From the NCBI GenBank assembly GCA_964510015.1, contig CAZEAA010000004.1:1-52475 (forward strand): 52,475 nucleotides of DNA, read 5' to 3'. This DNA comes from an uncultured Sandaracinaceae bacterium. GTDB lineage: Bacteria > Myxococcota_A > Polyangia > Polyangiales > Houyiibacteriaceae. Shown in pieces: positions 9,614-18,491 of this stretch. Numbering within the stretch: the first letter of the stretch is position 1; every line of letters starts with the position of its first letter. The position numbers and the translations under genes were made by a program. The notes beneath the pieces were generated by a model. The model worked only from the letters and a program-made list of their open reading frames with translations. It ran no database searches and was not told where the DNA came from.

Positions 9614-9629
9614 GGCGCGCCGGGGGGCC

Positions 9630-11513
9630 GTGGGTTTCCTGACGCTGCTGCTGCTGACCGCCTTCGCAGGGTGGAGCGCGCTCCTCGTGGCACGGCGCCT
9701 CTACCGGGGCAGCCGCGCCGAGGCGTGGATCGCGGCGTGCGCCGTGTGGCTGCTGAGCGTGCTCGCCCCCATGCACGCGCTCGGGTGGATGGGCCAGCTC
9801 ACGCCGCTCCACCTCGGCGTCACGTCGGTGTGCCTGTCGGGCATGGGCCTTGTGCTCGCGCTGCGCGGGACGCCGCCGTCGTCTCACTCCGAGGGAGCGT
9901 TCGCCCGGCGTGCGCTCACCGACATGCTCACGCTGCCGCGCGATGCCTTCGTGGAAGCGTGGCGTGGGTCAGCGTGGGTGGGCCTCGCGCTCACCGCCGT
10001 GGTGTCGATGTGCGCGTTCACCGCCGTGTTCGCCTATCTCGCCCCCTCGTGCAGCTGGGACGGCGTCTGGTACCACGAGTCCATCGTGGGCTTTGCCATC
10101 CAGGAGCGCGGCTTCGCGTGGGTGCACGTGCCCCCGGGGCTCGAGTACGTGAACGGCTACCCCAAGAGCAGCGAGCTGTTGAGCCTGTGGGCCGCGATCT
10201 TCTCGGGTCGCCGGCTGATCGAGGGGGTGCAGAGCGGGATGGCGCTGGTGCTGCTGTTCGGCACCTACGGGCTCGCGCAGCGCTTCACGGCGAAGAAGGT
10301 GCACGCGCTCGGCTTCGCGTGCGTGCTGGTGCTCACCCCGGGCGTGGCGCTCCAGCTGCGCAGCACGCTCACCGACGTGTGCTTCGTGGCGGTGTTCGCG
10401 GTGGCGCTCTACTTCGTCACGCGGCCCGAGCTGCGGCTCGCCGACCTCGCGCTGGGCTGCCTCACGGCGGGCCTCCTAGGGTCCATGAAGGGCACCGCGG
10501 TAGCGATCACGCCGCTGCTCCTCGCGCTCGCCGCCACCCGCGCGGTGAGCGTGGCCCGTCGTGAGGGGTGGCGCCCAACGCTCACGACGCTGGTCTTGGC
10601 CACCCTCGTAGGGTGCGCGCTGTCGGCGCCCGGCTACGCGCGCAACGCCCAGCGCACGGGGAACCCGCTCTGGCCGGTGCACGTCGAGGCGGCCGGTCTC
10701 GCCTTCGATGGCCCGGCCAGCCTCGCCATGTCGCGCGACGACGCCCTCCGCGAGCTGTTCGCGCCACCTGCGACGCCGCAGCTGCGGGACACGCGCGACA
10801 ACGGCTACGGCAACGTGCTGCCGTTCTTGTTGCCGGTGCTGCTGGGGGCTGCGGGGGCCGAGCTGTTGGCCGGCCTCGTCCGACGTCGGGGGCGGCCCAC
10901 TCCCGCGCACGTCCAGCTCGCGTGGTTCGTGCTCGTGACGGCGCCGTCGTTCGTGCTGTCTCCCGCCGGGTGGTGGTGGGCCCGCCTCAACCTCCACGTG
11001 CTGGCGGTGGCCTTGCTCTGCGCGGTCTGGGTGGTGGGTCGCCCCACGCGCGAGGCGCTCGCGGACGGCCTGCTGGGGGCGTTGATCGCGGGCGCGCTGG
11101 TCACGCTGTGGTGGTCGCTGCCCGCGTGGGACATCACCCCCGAGCGGGCCGCGACGCTGCCGCAGCTCCCAGCCCACGAGCGCGACGTGCTGCCGCTCAA
11201 CCAGACGGCGCCGCCCGCGGACGTGGCGCGCGCGCGCGAGCGCGAGCTGACCCGTGGCACGGTCGTGGCCTTCGACGGCAGCTACCGCTTCCCGGCCATG
11301 CTGTGGAACGAGGACTTCAGCAACCGCGTGGTCTACCTGGACGGCACGCCCCACGCGGGGGACTTCGAGCAGCGCCTCCGGAGCGCCGACGCCCGCTGGA
11401 TGGTGGTGCGTCGCGGCGGTCCGTGGGACCGGCTGCTCGCTGCGGCCACCGAGACATGGGAGCGAGTCGGTGCGCTCGACCGTGGCACCCATGGCTATCG
11501 ACGCCGTGAGTAG
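9630..11513 (+). CDS. Polytopic membrane protein, GT-C (ArnT/PMT-like) glycosyltransferase candidate (627 aa)
   Basis: GTG start at 9630. About 12 hydrophobic segments over the first 470 aa, an acidic/aromatic first-loop motif SWDGVWYHES, and a soluble C-terminal tail. Confidence 0.55.
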   Translation: MGFLTLLLLTAFAGWSALLVARRLYRGSRAEAWIAACAVWLLSVLAPMHALGWMGQLTPLHLGVTSVCLSGMGLVLALRGTPPSSHSEGAFARRALTDMLTLPRDAFVEAWRGSAWVGLALTAVVSMCAFTAVFAYLAPSCSWDGVWYHESIVGFAIQERGFAWVHVPPGLEYVNGYPKSSELLSLWAAIFSGRRLIEGVQSGMALVLLFGTYGLAQRFTAKKVHALGFACVLVLTPGVALQLRSTLTDVCFVAVFAVALYFVTRPELRLADLALGCLTAGLLGSMKGTAVAITPLLLALAATRAVSVARREGWRPTLTTLVLATLVGCALSAPGYARNAQRTGNPLWPVHVEAAGLAFDGPASLAMSRDDALRELFAPPATPQLRDTRDNGYGNVLPFLLPVLLGAAGAELLAGLVRRRGRPTPAHVQLAWFVLVTAPSFVLSPAGWWWARLNLHVLAVALLCAVWVVGRPTREALADGLLGALIAGALVTLWWSLPAWDITPERAATLPQLPAHERDVLPLNQTAPPADVARARERELTRGTVVAFDGSYRFPAMLWNEDFSNRVVYLDGTPHAGDFEQRLRSADARWMVVRRGGPWDRLLAAATETWERVGALDRGTHGYRRRE

Positions 11514-11516
11514 CGC

Positions 11517-12554
11517 TCAGGACGCGGTGCCCAGCAGCTCGGCGCGCGCTTCGTTCGGCGTGCGGCCGCGCGCGCTGCGGAAGGCCCGCGAGAAGTTCGC
11601 GGCGTCGGCGTAGCCCAGCTCGAGGCCGATCTCGGTGATGGAGCGGCGCGGGTCCGCCAGCCAGCGGTCGGCGAGCGTGAGGCGCGCGTGGCTCTGCAGC
11701 TCGCGGAACGACACACCCTCCTCTTGGAGGCGACGCCGCAGCGAGCGGCTCGAGAGGCCGAGCACGCGGGAGACCGCCTCGAGGTCCAGGAAGGGCGGCC
11801 CGTGCTCGCTGAGCGCGTGCGCCACCATGCTGGCCACGCGCGCCGGGTCGGGGCGCGACGCCAGCTGCTCGAGGCAGCGCTTGCGAGCGGTCTCGTGCGC
11901 GCGCGCGTCGGCGAGCGGCAGGGCCACGCCGAGAAGCGACGTGGGCATGCGCAGCTCGTAGTGCGGCTGGTCGAAGCGCAGGGCGATGTCGATGCCGTCC
12001 ACCCACGCGGGCAGGCCGGGCGGGCGGGGGTGGCGCGCGTCCAGCTCCACGTCCTTCGGCAGCACCCCGCCCAGCAGGAAGCGCAGCTGCGCATACAGGC
12101 TGCCGCTCATGGTGGCCGTGTGGAAGCGCTCCACCTCGGGGTGCAGCGGCCAGCGCACGCCGAGCCGCACGCCGGTGCGCGTCCCACGCGGGTGCACGCT
12201 CAGCGCGAAGAGCGGCATGAGCAGCGCGAAGCACTCCACGATCAGCTCGATGGCGTCGGCGATGGTGGGCGAGGTCAGCGCGGCCACGCTCAGGGAACCG
12301 TGGCTCATCAGCTGCAGTCGCTGGCCCACCTGCAGGCCCAGCTCGTCCGTGTTCTCGAGCTCGCAGCCGCGCCCCACCAGCGCCTCGACCTGCGCCAGCG
12401 TCAGGTAGCTCTCGTCGCCGACGAAGGCGTCTGCGGGGATCCCCGAGAGGAGCGCGAGCGCCGCAGGGTCGTGTCCACGCTCGCTCAGCACGTCCAGCAG
12501 GATGGCGTAGTAGCGCGGCGGGATGAACGCCTGGACGGGACGCGCGGAGACCAT
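11517..12554 (-). CDS. AraC-family transcriptional regulator (345 aa)
   Basis: Start at MVSARPVQAF (12554). C-terminal AraC HTH: ITEIGLELGYADAANFSRAFRSARGRTPNEAR. N-terminal ligand-binding-like domain. Track ORF 11517..13022 extends spuriously upstream. Confidence 0.85.
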   Translation of the reverse strand: MVSARPVQAFIPPRYYAILLDVLSERGHDPAALALLSGIPADAFVGDESYLTLAQVEALVGRGCELENTDELGLQVGQRLQLMSHGSLSVAALTSPTIADAIELIVECFALLMPLFALSVHPRGTRTGVRLGVRWPLHPEVERFHTATMSGSLYAQLRFLLGGVLPKDVELDARHPRPPGLPAWVDGIDIALRFDQPHYELRMPTSLLGVALPLADARAHETARKRCLEQLASRPDPARVASMVAHALSEHGPPFLDLEAVSRVLGLSSRSLRRRLQEEGVSFRELQSHARLTLADRWLADPRRSITEIGLELGYADAANFSRAFRSARGRTPNEARAELLGTAS

Positions 12555-12625
12555 GCGGGAGTGTCGCCTCACGGCGCGCGGGGAGACAACCCCGTCACGC
12601 GGAGTCGGTGCTCGTGGACCTCGAG

Positions 12626-14017
12626 TCAGGGGGTGACGCTGCTCCAGCGGGGGTCGTCGTTCAGCTGCGCCGAGAGAAACGCCGCGAGCCCCGGGGTGGC
12701 CGAGAAGGGCGCCACGGTCAGCGCGCCGTGGCGCTCGCCCACGTAGTAGAAGCTGCGGTGCGCGCCGGTGGTGGGGACACCCTGCACGAAGGCGTTCAGG
12801 TCGATGAGCCCCGCGCGCATGCTGATGCGCACGAATGGGAAGAAGGGGATCAGCTCGCTCGTGAAGTGCGGCGGGTTCCCGAGCGCGTCGAACAGCGAGT
12901 AGAGCCCCATCACCACCTGGTCGCCGTACGCGCACACCATCGCGCTGCGCACCCCGGGATGGAGCGCGTGGATGGAGCGCCAGGTCTCGTGGTTGCCGAA
13001 CTCGGCGCAGCCCGTGCACCACGCGTCGATGGTGTTCTCCAGGGCCCAGCCGCGTCGCACCGCGTCGTGGCTGGCCACCGAGTAGTAGGGGCGCGCCTGC
13101 ACCGGGCCACCGTCGTTGATGAGGTACGGCGACGGCTGGCCGAAGGACTCGAACACCTGCGCGATCTGGTGGTAGTTGCCGAGCGTGCCCACGCCGCCCG
13201 CGCTGAAGCCCGCTATCACCACACGCCCGGCGTGCTCGAAGGTGGGCGCCACGGCGCTGATGGCGTGCTGCACGTTGCGGTAGCCCACCTGCTCGAGCGG
13301 CGCGAAGCCCGCGTACGTGGACAGCTTGTCGGCGAGGTGGAAGTCGAGCGTGCAGTGCGGCAGCACCACGTAGCTGGCGTCACGCAGCGGGTTGTCCGCG
13401 GCGTCGCGGTCGAAGATGCCCGTGTGCCGCTCGCCGTTGCCGTTCCACCACGCGAGCGGGTCGCTGCCCATCGCGTTCAGGATCGCGTCGCGGTGTGGCG
13501 GCAGGTTGCAGCTGATGTCGTCGTAGCAGATGCCCCCACCCATCAGGAACACCACCAAGTCGTCGCTCGCATCGGTGACGTTCACGAACACGCCGCTGTC
13601 GGTGCCGTTGGCGCAGCGCATGCCGTCGATGGGCAGGTAGCGCCAGGTCTCGAGCTCGTCGGCGCTCGTCTCGATGAGCGGTCCGGGCTGGTACCACGCG
13701 GGGGGCGCGGGCAGCGTGGGGCCGAGGTCGGTCGGCCCGCCGAGGTCCGGAGGGCCAGCGTCCATGCCCGCGCCATGGTCCACGCTCGCGCCTTGTTCCG
13801 CGGTGGCCCCGAGGTCCAGGGTCGCCACGGGGTCCGCGTCGGGCAGACCCAAGCTGCCATCCATCTCGATGCCCTGGATCGAGGCATCCCCGCAGCCGAC
13901 GAGCAACAGGCTCGCGACCGCGAGCAGCACCACCACCGCCACCACGGCATGCCAGGGGCAATGCGCGGAGTGCCGAGACCGATGAGAGCCCGAGGTCGTG
14001 ACGCAGGTCGTGTCCAT
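12626..14017 (-). CDS. Pectin-acetylesterase (PAE/Notum)-family lipoprotein esterase (463 aa)
   Basis: Start at MDTTCV (14017). Lipobox LLLVGC. Family motifs FLMGGGICYD and IAGFSAGG (GxSxG nucleophile). The upstream part of track ORF 12626..14605 is antisense to the SDR gene. Confidence 0.7.
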   Translation of the reverse strand: MDTTCVTTSGSHRSRHSAHCPWHAVVAVVVLLAVASLLLVGCGDASIQGIEMDGSLGLPDADPVATLDLGATAEQGASVDHGAGMDAGPPDLGGPTDLGPTLPAPPAWYQPGPLIETSADELETWRYLPIDGMRCANGTDSGVFVNVTDASDDLVVFLMGGGICYDDISCNLPPHRDAILNAMGSDPLAWWNGNGERHTGIFDRDAADNPLRDASYVVLPHCTLDFHLADKLSTYAGFAPLEQVGYRNVQHAISAVAPTFEHAGRVVIAGFSAGGVGTLGNYHQIAQVFESFGQPSPYLINDGGPVQARPYYSVASHDAVRRGWALENTIDAWCTGCAEFGNHETWRSIHALHPGVRSAMVCAYGDQVVMGLYSLFDALGNPPHFTSELIPFFPFVRISMRAGLIDLNAFVQGVPTTGAHRSFYYVGERHGALTVAPFSATPGLAAFLSAQLNDDPRWSSVTP

Positions 14018-14183
14018 GTCCGGCAGGGTCGCGTCATGCGCTGCGCCTCGCCTGTCGCCGCGGGACAAACCCTTGTCATGTGTGGCCAGCTTTCGCGGAC
14101 CCCCGGAAGCAGCTTGGCCAGAAGTGACAACCGCCTGTCCCGTCGCGACAGGCGCGCCCGCCGAGATCAGGCACCCTACGGGC

Positions 14184-15038
14184 ATGACACAGCTCGCAGG
14201 GAAGAAGACGCTGATCACGGGCGCCGGCAGCGGCATCGGCAAGGCGCTGGCGCTGCTGGCCGCCGAGAAGGGCGCGCGGCTGGTCCTGACGGACGTCAAC
14301 GCGGAGAGCTTGAACACGGTGGTGAGCGACGTGCGTGCGCGCGGCGGCGACGTGCTGCTGGCCCGCGCGTTCGACGTCTCCGACCACGACGCCGTGCGCA
14401 GCTTCGCCGACGAGCTCGCTCGCGAGCACGGCAGCGCCGACGTGGTGGTGAACAACGCGGGCATCGCCATCTGGGGCCGCGTGGAGAGCATGTCGCACGC
14501 GGACTGGCGCAAGGTCATCGACGTGAACCTGATGGGGCCCATCCACGTGATCGAGTGCTTCGTTCCGGCCATGATCGCGGCGGGTCGCGGTGGCCACCTC
14601 GTCAACGTGTCGTCGGCCGCCGGGCTCTTCGGGCTGCCTTGGCACGCGGCCTACTCGGCCAGCAAGTTCGGGCTGCGCGGCGTGTCCGAGGTGCTGCGCT
14701 TCGACCTCGAGCGGCACGGCATCAAGGTCAGCCTGGTGTGTCCGGGCGGCGTGAACACGGGCCTCGTCAGCACCGTGAAGGTGGCCGGCGCGGACTCCAG
14801 CAGCCCCGCGTGGGAGAAGCTGCGCACCCGCTTCGCCAAGCACGCCGTCACCCCCGAGCACGCGGCGGCTTGCATCGTGCGCGGTGTGGAGCGAGACCAC
14901 TACATGGTCTACACGTCGGCCGACATCCGCTTGGGGCAGTGGTTCCAGGCCCGTTTCCCCTGGCCCTACGAGCAAGTCATGCGCCGGCTCAACCGTGAGT
15001 TCGACCGCGCGCTCGCTGCGCAGGGTTCGCGGCCGTGA
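14184..15038 (+). CDS. Short-chain dehydrogenase/reductase (284 aa)
   Basis: TGAGSGIGKA cofactor motif, NNAG, catalytic YSASK. Start taken at MTQLAGKKTLITG. Confidence 0.9.
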   Translation: MTQLAGKKTLITGAGSGIGKALALLAAEKGARLVLTDVNAESLNTVVSDVRARGGDVLLARAFDVSDHDAVRSFADELAREHGSADVVVNNAGIAIWGRVESMSHADWRKVIDVNLMGPIHVIECFVPAMIAAGRGGHLVNVSSAAGLFGLPWHAAYSASKFGLRGVSEVLRFDLERHGIKVSLVCPGGVNTGLVSTVKVAGADSSSPAWEKLRTRFAKHAVTPEHAAACIVRGVERDHYMVYTSADIRLGQWFQARFPWPYEQVMRRLNREFDRALAAQGSRP

Positions 15039-15580
15039 GCGCGCGCAAGCCACGCATCGCGCCGGGCAACCTGCGCGACCTGGGTCTCTTCAACGGGGCG
15101 CTCACGCGCGCCCTCGGCGTGGCCAGCGGGGGCCCGCCGCCCAACATCTTCCTCACGCTCGGCCGGCACCGCTCGCTGTTCCGCAAGTGGCTGCTCTTCG
15201 CGGGCGGCCTGATGCCCGGCGGTGAGCTCAAGCGCAGCGAGAGCGAGCTGGTGATCCTGGGCGTGGCCCACACCATGCGCTGCGCCTACGAGTGGGACCA
15301 CCACGAGCGCCTCGCGAAGCGGGCGGGCGTGTCCGAGGAGGCCATCGCGTGCGTGCGCCAGGGGAACTTCGAGGCCGAGTGCTTCACCGCGCGCGAGAAG
15401 GCGTTCCTTCAGGCCTGCCAAGACCTGTACGACCGGCGCGAGATCCTCGAGGACACCTGGCGCGCGCTGGTGGAGCTGGCCACCGAGGTGGAGATCATCG
15501 AGCTGTGCATGCTGGTGGGGCACTACCAGATGCTGGCGATGACGCTGAACACGCTGCGCGTGCCGCTCGACCCGCGCTGA
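15035..15580 (+). CDS. Carboxymuconolactone decarboxylase (AhpD-like) family protein (181 aa)
   Basis: CAYEWDHH motif in an all-helical sequence. GTGA start/stop overlap with the SDR gene. Confidence 0.8.
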   Translation: MSARKPRIAPGNLRDLGLFNGALTRALGVASGGPPPNIFLTLGRHRSLFRKWLLFAGGLMPGGELKRSESELVILGVAHTMRCAYEWDHHERLAKRAGVSEEAIACVRQGNFEAECFTAREKAFLQACQDLYDRREILEDTWRALVELATEVEIIELCMLVGHYQMLAMTLNTLRVPLDPR

Positions 15581-15608
15581 CCGCTCAGCGCGTGATCACG
15601 CGGACTGC

Positions 15609-18062
15609 TCAGCGCGTGACGACGCTGACCGCTCGGCAGGTGCCTTCGGCGTACAAGTTGCCGGCCGAGACGCGGTAGCCCTGGAAGCCCGTCATGAATT
15701 CACCGGTGGCGCACGCAGGCGGCGATGCGCCCCAGCTTCCGATATCGGCTTGGACCGTGCTGCTCGTGCCCACTGTGATGCTGTAGCTGTACTGTTCCCC
15801 TTCGATGAGCAGCGGGGCGCAGTCGAGCCGTCGACCGCCGTTGTGGATACGCGTGACGAAGGTGTTCGCCGGGCAGTCCACGCGGTGCGGCGTGACGCCT
15901 CCCACCGTGCCACCGATGTAGTTCGCGTCGCTCGTATTGCCGCCGGTGGTCACCTGGTAGTCGTACGGAACCGAGCCCACACGCCCGACCACCGCGCGCG
16001 CGCAGCGTGCCGCTCCTCCCTTGGTGCCCTCGCTGGCGCCGCTCGGGATGTACTGGAGCTCGATGCCCACCATCAGCCACCCGGCGGGGCACTGCGACTG
16101 ACGGAGGGTGTCCGCCGGCGACGCCATCAAGAACGTCCGCAGGCTGGCCATCTCGCCGGACGCGATGCTGGCGGCGCAGCCCTCGTCCACGACCCCGTTG
16201 CAGTCCTCATCCCGGTTGCTGCACACCTCGGTCCCGCCCGGATAGCTCGTGGCGAAGTTGTCGTTGCAGTCCGTGGTCGGCAGGCCCCCGACGCAGGTGG
16301 CGTTGACGGGCGCGAACCCGTCCTGGTCCGAGTCCTCGTTCGCGTCCACGCCGCCGCCCGACGAGCAGTTGGAGTCGATGCGGTCACAGCTCTCGGGGGC
16401 GCCCCAGTAGGTGCTCGCCACCGTGTCGTCGCAGTCGTTGCGTGGGAAGCCGCCGGAGCAGGCGAATTGGCTCGGGCTGCGGCCGTCCATGTCGACGTCT
16501 TCGCTGGGCTCCGCGCCGCCGCCCGACGAGCAGTCGTTGTCCAGGCGGTCGCAGCGCTCGTAGGTACCAGGGTACGTGGTGGCGAGCGTGTCCACGCAGT
16601 CGTCCTTCGGCAGCGGCCCGCCACTGCACGCGGCGTCGAGCGCGGCATGCCCGTCCACGTCGAAGTCTTCGTCGGGCTCCACGCCGCCGCCCGAGGAGCA
16701 GTCGTTGTCCACGCGGTCGCACGCCTCCGGGGCTCCGCCGTACATGGTGGCGATGGCGTCGTTGCAGTCGTCCTTCGGGAGCGGCCCTCCGCTGCACGCC
16801 GCGCCGAGCCCCGCGTGACCGTCCAGGTCGCCGTCTTCGTCGGACTCCACGCCGCCGCCCGACGAGCAGTTGTTGTCGAGCCGGTCGCACAGCTCGGTGG
16901 CGCCGAAGAAGATGACGGCGTTGCTGTCCACGCAGTCTCCGTCACGCGCCACGCGCCCCGCCACGGGGACACACGACAGCACGGTGGGCAGGGTGGCGTC
17001 GCCGAACGTGTCGCCGTCGCTGTCCACGTACCAGGGCACGTCCACCGCGCCCTCGTCCACGTTTTCGTCGCAGTCGTTGTCGGCGGCGTCGCAGATCTCC
17101 GGAGCGCCCACGCGCGTGGCGGGGTCGTCATCGTCACAGTCCGTGGCGGTGGCCGCGAAGCCCGCAGCGCCGGGGCAGCTACGCACGCCGGCTGCGCCGA
17201 GCTCGCCGTGTCCATCGTTGTCCGCGTCGGGGTAGAGCGTGATGCTCACGCCCTCGTCCACCGTCTCGTCGCAGTCGTTGTCGACACCATCGCAGACCTC
17301 CGGCGCACCGGGGTTGCGGCCAGAGTTCCCGTCGTCGCAGTCGTCCGCGTTCGAGACCAGGTCCGGCGCGTCGGCACACCCCATGATGGGCGGCGAGGCG
17401 CTGTCGCCTGCGCCATCGTCGTCGAGGTCGGGGTACAGCAAGCGCACCACGTTCTCGTCCATCGATCCGTCACAGTCGTTGTCCACGCCATCGCAGACCT
17501 CGCTCGTGTTCGGGTTGGTGCCGGGAGCGTTGTCGTCACAGTCACGTCCACACGCGTCCTCGCCATCCACCTCGGTCGCGCGGTTGCAGCAGAGCTGGTC
17601 GGGACTGCCGTCCCGGTCTTGGTCGCGAAAGCCGAACGTCCGAGGGTCGCAGTCTTCGTCGTGGTCCAGCGTGTCGCACACCTCGACGTTGCCGGGGAAG
17701 CGCGCCGGGTCCGCGTCGTCGCAGTCGCCGCCACCACACTCGATGGCCAGCACCCCGTCCCCGTCCGCGTCTTCGGTGACGCTGCAGTCGGTCAGGCACA
17801 GGCGGCTCAGCTCCACGCAGGTCTGACCCTCGCGACACGCCCCATTCGGTGGCGCCACACAGCCGCGCGCGTCGGCCAGCGGCGCGCCGGGGGCACACCG
17901 GACGAGGCCCGTGCAGAAGAGCCCGCTGTCGCAGTCGGGGTCGCTGCTGCAGACCGCGCCCGCGTCGTCGGTGACCAGGGTTCCGTCCGACCCGCAGCCC
18001 GAGATGAACGCGAAAACGACGGCCGTGACGGCCAACATGGACGGAGCAGCCCGGAGCGACAT
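15609..18062 (-). CDS. Cys/Asp-rich lipoprotein with MopE-type putative metal-binding repeats and an unassigned C-terminal domain (817 aa)
   Basis: Start at MSLRAAPSMLAVTAVVFAFISGC (lipobox). More than 8 copies of the CDDxxxxxxPGxxExCDGxDNDCDxxxDE-type motif. The rest of track ORF 15609..20003 is antisense to the DltA-like gene. Confidence 0.8.
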   Translation of the reverse strand: MSLRAAPSMLAVTAVVFAFISGCGSDGTLVTDDAGAVCSSDPDCDSGLFCTGLVRCAPGAPLADARGCVAPPNGACREGQTCVELSRLCLTDCSVTEDADGDGVLAIECGGGDCDDADPARFPGNVEVCDTLDHDEDCDPRTFGFRDQDRDGSPDQLCCNRATEVDGEDACGRDCDDNAPGTNPNTSEVCDGVDNDCDGSMDENVVRLLYPDLDDDGAGDSASPPIMGCADAPDLVSNADDCDDGNSGRNPGAPEVCDGVDNDCDETVDEGVSITLYPDADNDGHGELGAAGVRSCPGAAGFAATATDCDDDDPATRVGAPEICDAADNDCDENVDEGAVDVPWYVDSDGDTFGDATLPTVLSCVPVAGRVARDGDCVDSNAVIFFGATELCDRLDNNCSSGGGVESDEDGDLDGHAGLGAACSGGPLPKDDCNDAIATMYGGAPEACDRVDNDCSSGGGVEPDEDFDVDGHAALDAACSGGPLPKDDCVDTLATTYPGTYERCDRLDNDCSSGGGAEPSEDVDMDGRSPSQFACSGGFPRNDCDDTVASTYWGAPESCDRIDSNCSSGGGVDANEDSDQDGFAPVNATCVGGLPTTDCNDNFATSYPGGTEVCSNRDEDCNGVVDEGCAASIASGEMASLRTFLMASPADTLRQSQCPAGWLMVGIELQYIPSGASEGTKGGAARCARAVVGRVGSVPYDYQVTTGGNTSDANYIGGTVGGVTPHRVDCPANTFVTRIHNGGRRLDCAPLLIEGEQYSYSITVGTSSTVQADIGSWGASPPACATGEFMTGFQGYRVSAGNLYAEGTCRAVSVVTR
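16224..16889 (-). repeat. Four tandem 54-57-aa (about 165-170 nt) intragenic repeats
   Basis: Protein residues 392-613 contain four repeat units: CDRLDNNCSSGGGVESDEDGDLDGHAGLGAACSGGPLPKDDCNDAIATMYGGAPEA; CDRVDNDCSSGGGVEPDEDFDVDGHAALDAACSGGPLPKDDCVDTLATTYPGTYER; CDRLDNDCSSGGGAEPSEDVDMDGRS...; CDRIDSNCSSGGGVDANEDSDQDGFA... Confidence 0.8.
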
Positions 18063-18212
18063 GGACGCGAGGATACGCGCGTCCAGAGGCAAAGCGGACG
18101 CTTGACCGCGGGCTGTCGACGACCCCAAGCACCATTTTGCACACCTTGCAGCACCTATGCGCACATGCAAGATTGCAGCCTCACTCCCGCGCTCCCGCAG
18201 GCCGCCGACCCG

Positions 18213-18470
18213 ATGCACGACCCCCAGACCATTCGCCCGCAGCTCAAGCGCTGGCTGCTGGACCACGCCAGCGCGGCGCCGCCAGCGGAGTTCACGGACC
18301 AGCTCCGCATCCTCGAGGTGGGGCTGCTCAACTCGCTCGACATCGTGGAGTTCGTGCTCTTCATCGAGGAGCTGCGCGGCGTGGAGGTGGACACCGACGA
18401 GATCGAGCCCGAGGTCTTCACCAGCATCGACACCCTGTGGGCGGCGTTCTTCGCTCCCCTCTCGGCGTGA
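18213..18470 (+). CDS. DltC-like (D-alanyl-type) carrier protein (85 aa; alternative start 18165 gives 101 aa)
   Basis: In frame with the tail of track ORF 15750..18470. EVGLLNSLDIVEFVLFIEELRGVEVDTDEIEPEVFTSIDTL parallels the DltC phosphopantetheine-site region as I recall it (EEGLLDSFGTVELLLAIENRF...ITEFDRDVWNTPNNI). No clear SD for either start. Confidence 0.7.
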   Translation: MHDPQTIRPQLKRWLLDHASAAPPAEFTDQLRILEVGLLNSLDIVEFVLFIEELRGVEVDTDEIEPEVFTSIDTLWAAFFAPLSA

Positions 18471-18491
18471 GATGCACGAGGTGACCGCGAC

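Noticed and set aside
15583-15619. 13-nt direct repeat GCTCAGCGCGTGA (15583-95 and 15607-19), enclosing a 14-nt perfect palindrome CGCGTGATCACGCG (15589-15602), between convergent genes.
   Set aside because: It is short and loop-less. One copy is part of the coding end of the lipoprotein gene. It is most simply a small local duplication or weak terminator-like element, with no evidence of a mobile element or RNA gene.
18063-18084. 7-bp hairpin GGACGCG-N8-CGCGTCC abutting the start codon of the Cys/Asp-rich lipoprotein gene.
   Set aside because: It is a small stem that could occur by chance at this GC content. It has no obvious SD sequence to sequester and no supporting conservation data.
18127-18141. 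Sigma-54-like element AAGCACCATTTTGCA upstream of the carrier/DltA-like operon.
   Set aside because: The -24 GG is AG, and the GC-to-GC spacing is one nucleotide short of the TGGCAC-N5-TTGC consensus when anchored on GCAC. This is not convincing without transcription start site data.
15750-18164. The upstream portion of the 906-aa plus-strand ORF 15750..18470.
   Set aside because: It is antisense to the Cys/Asp-rich lipoprotein gene, and its translation is an Arg/Ala/Val/His-rich mirror of the repeats. Only the last about 85-101 codons (the DltC-like carrier) look real.
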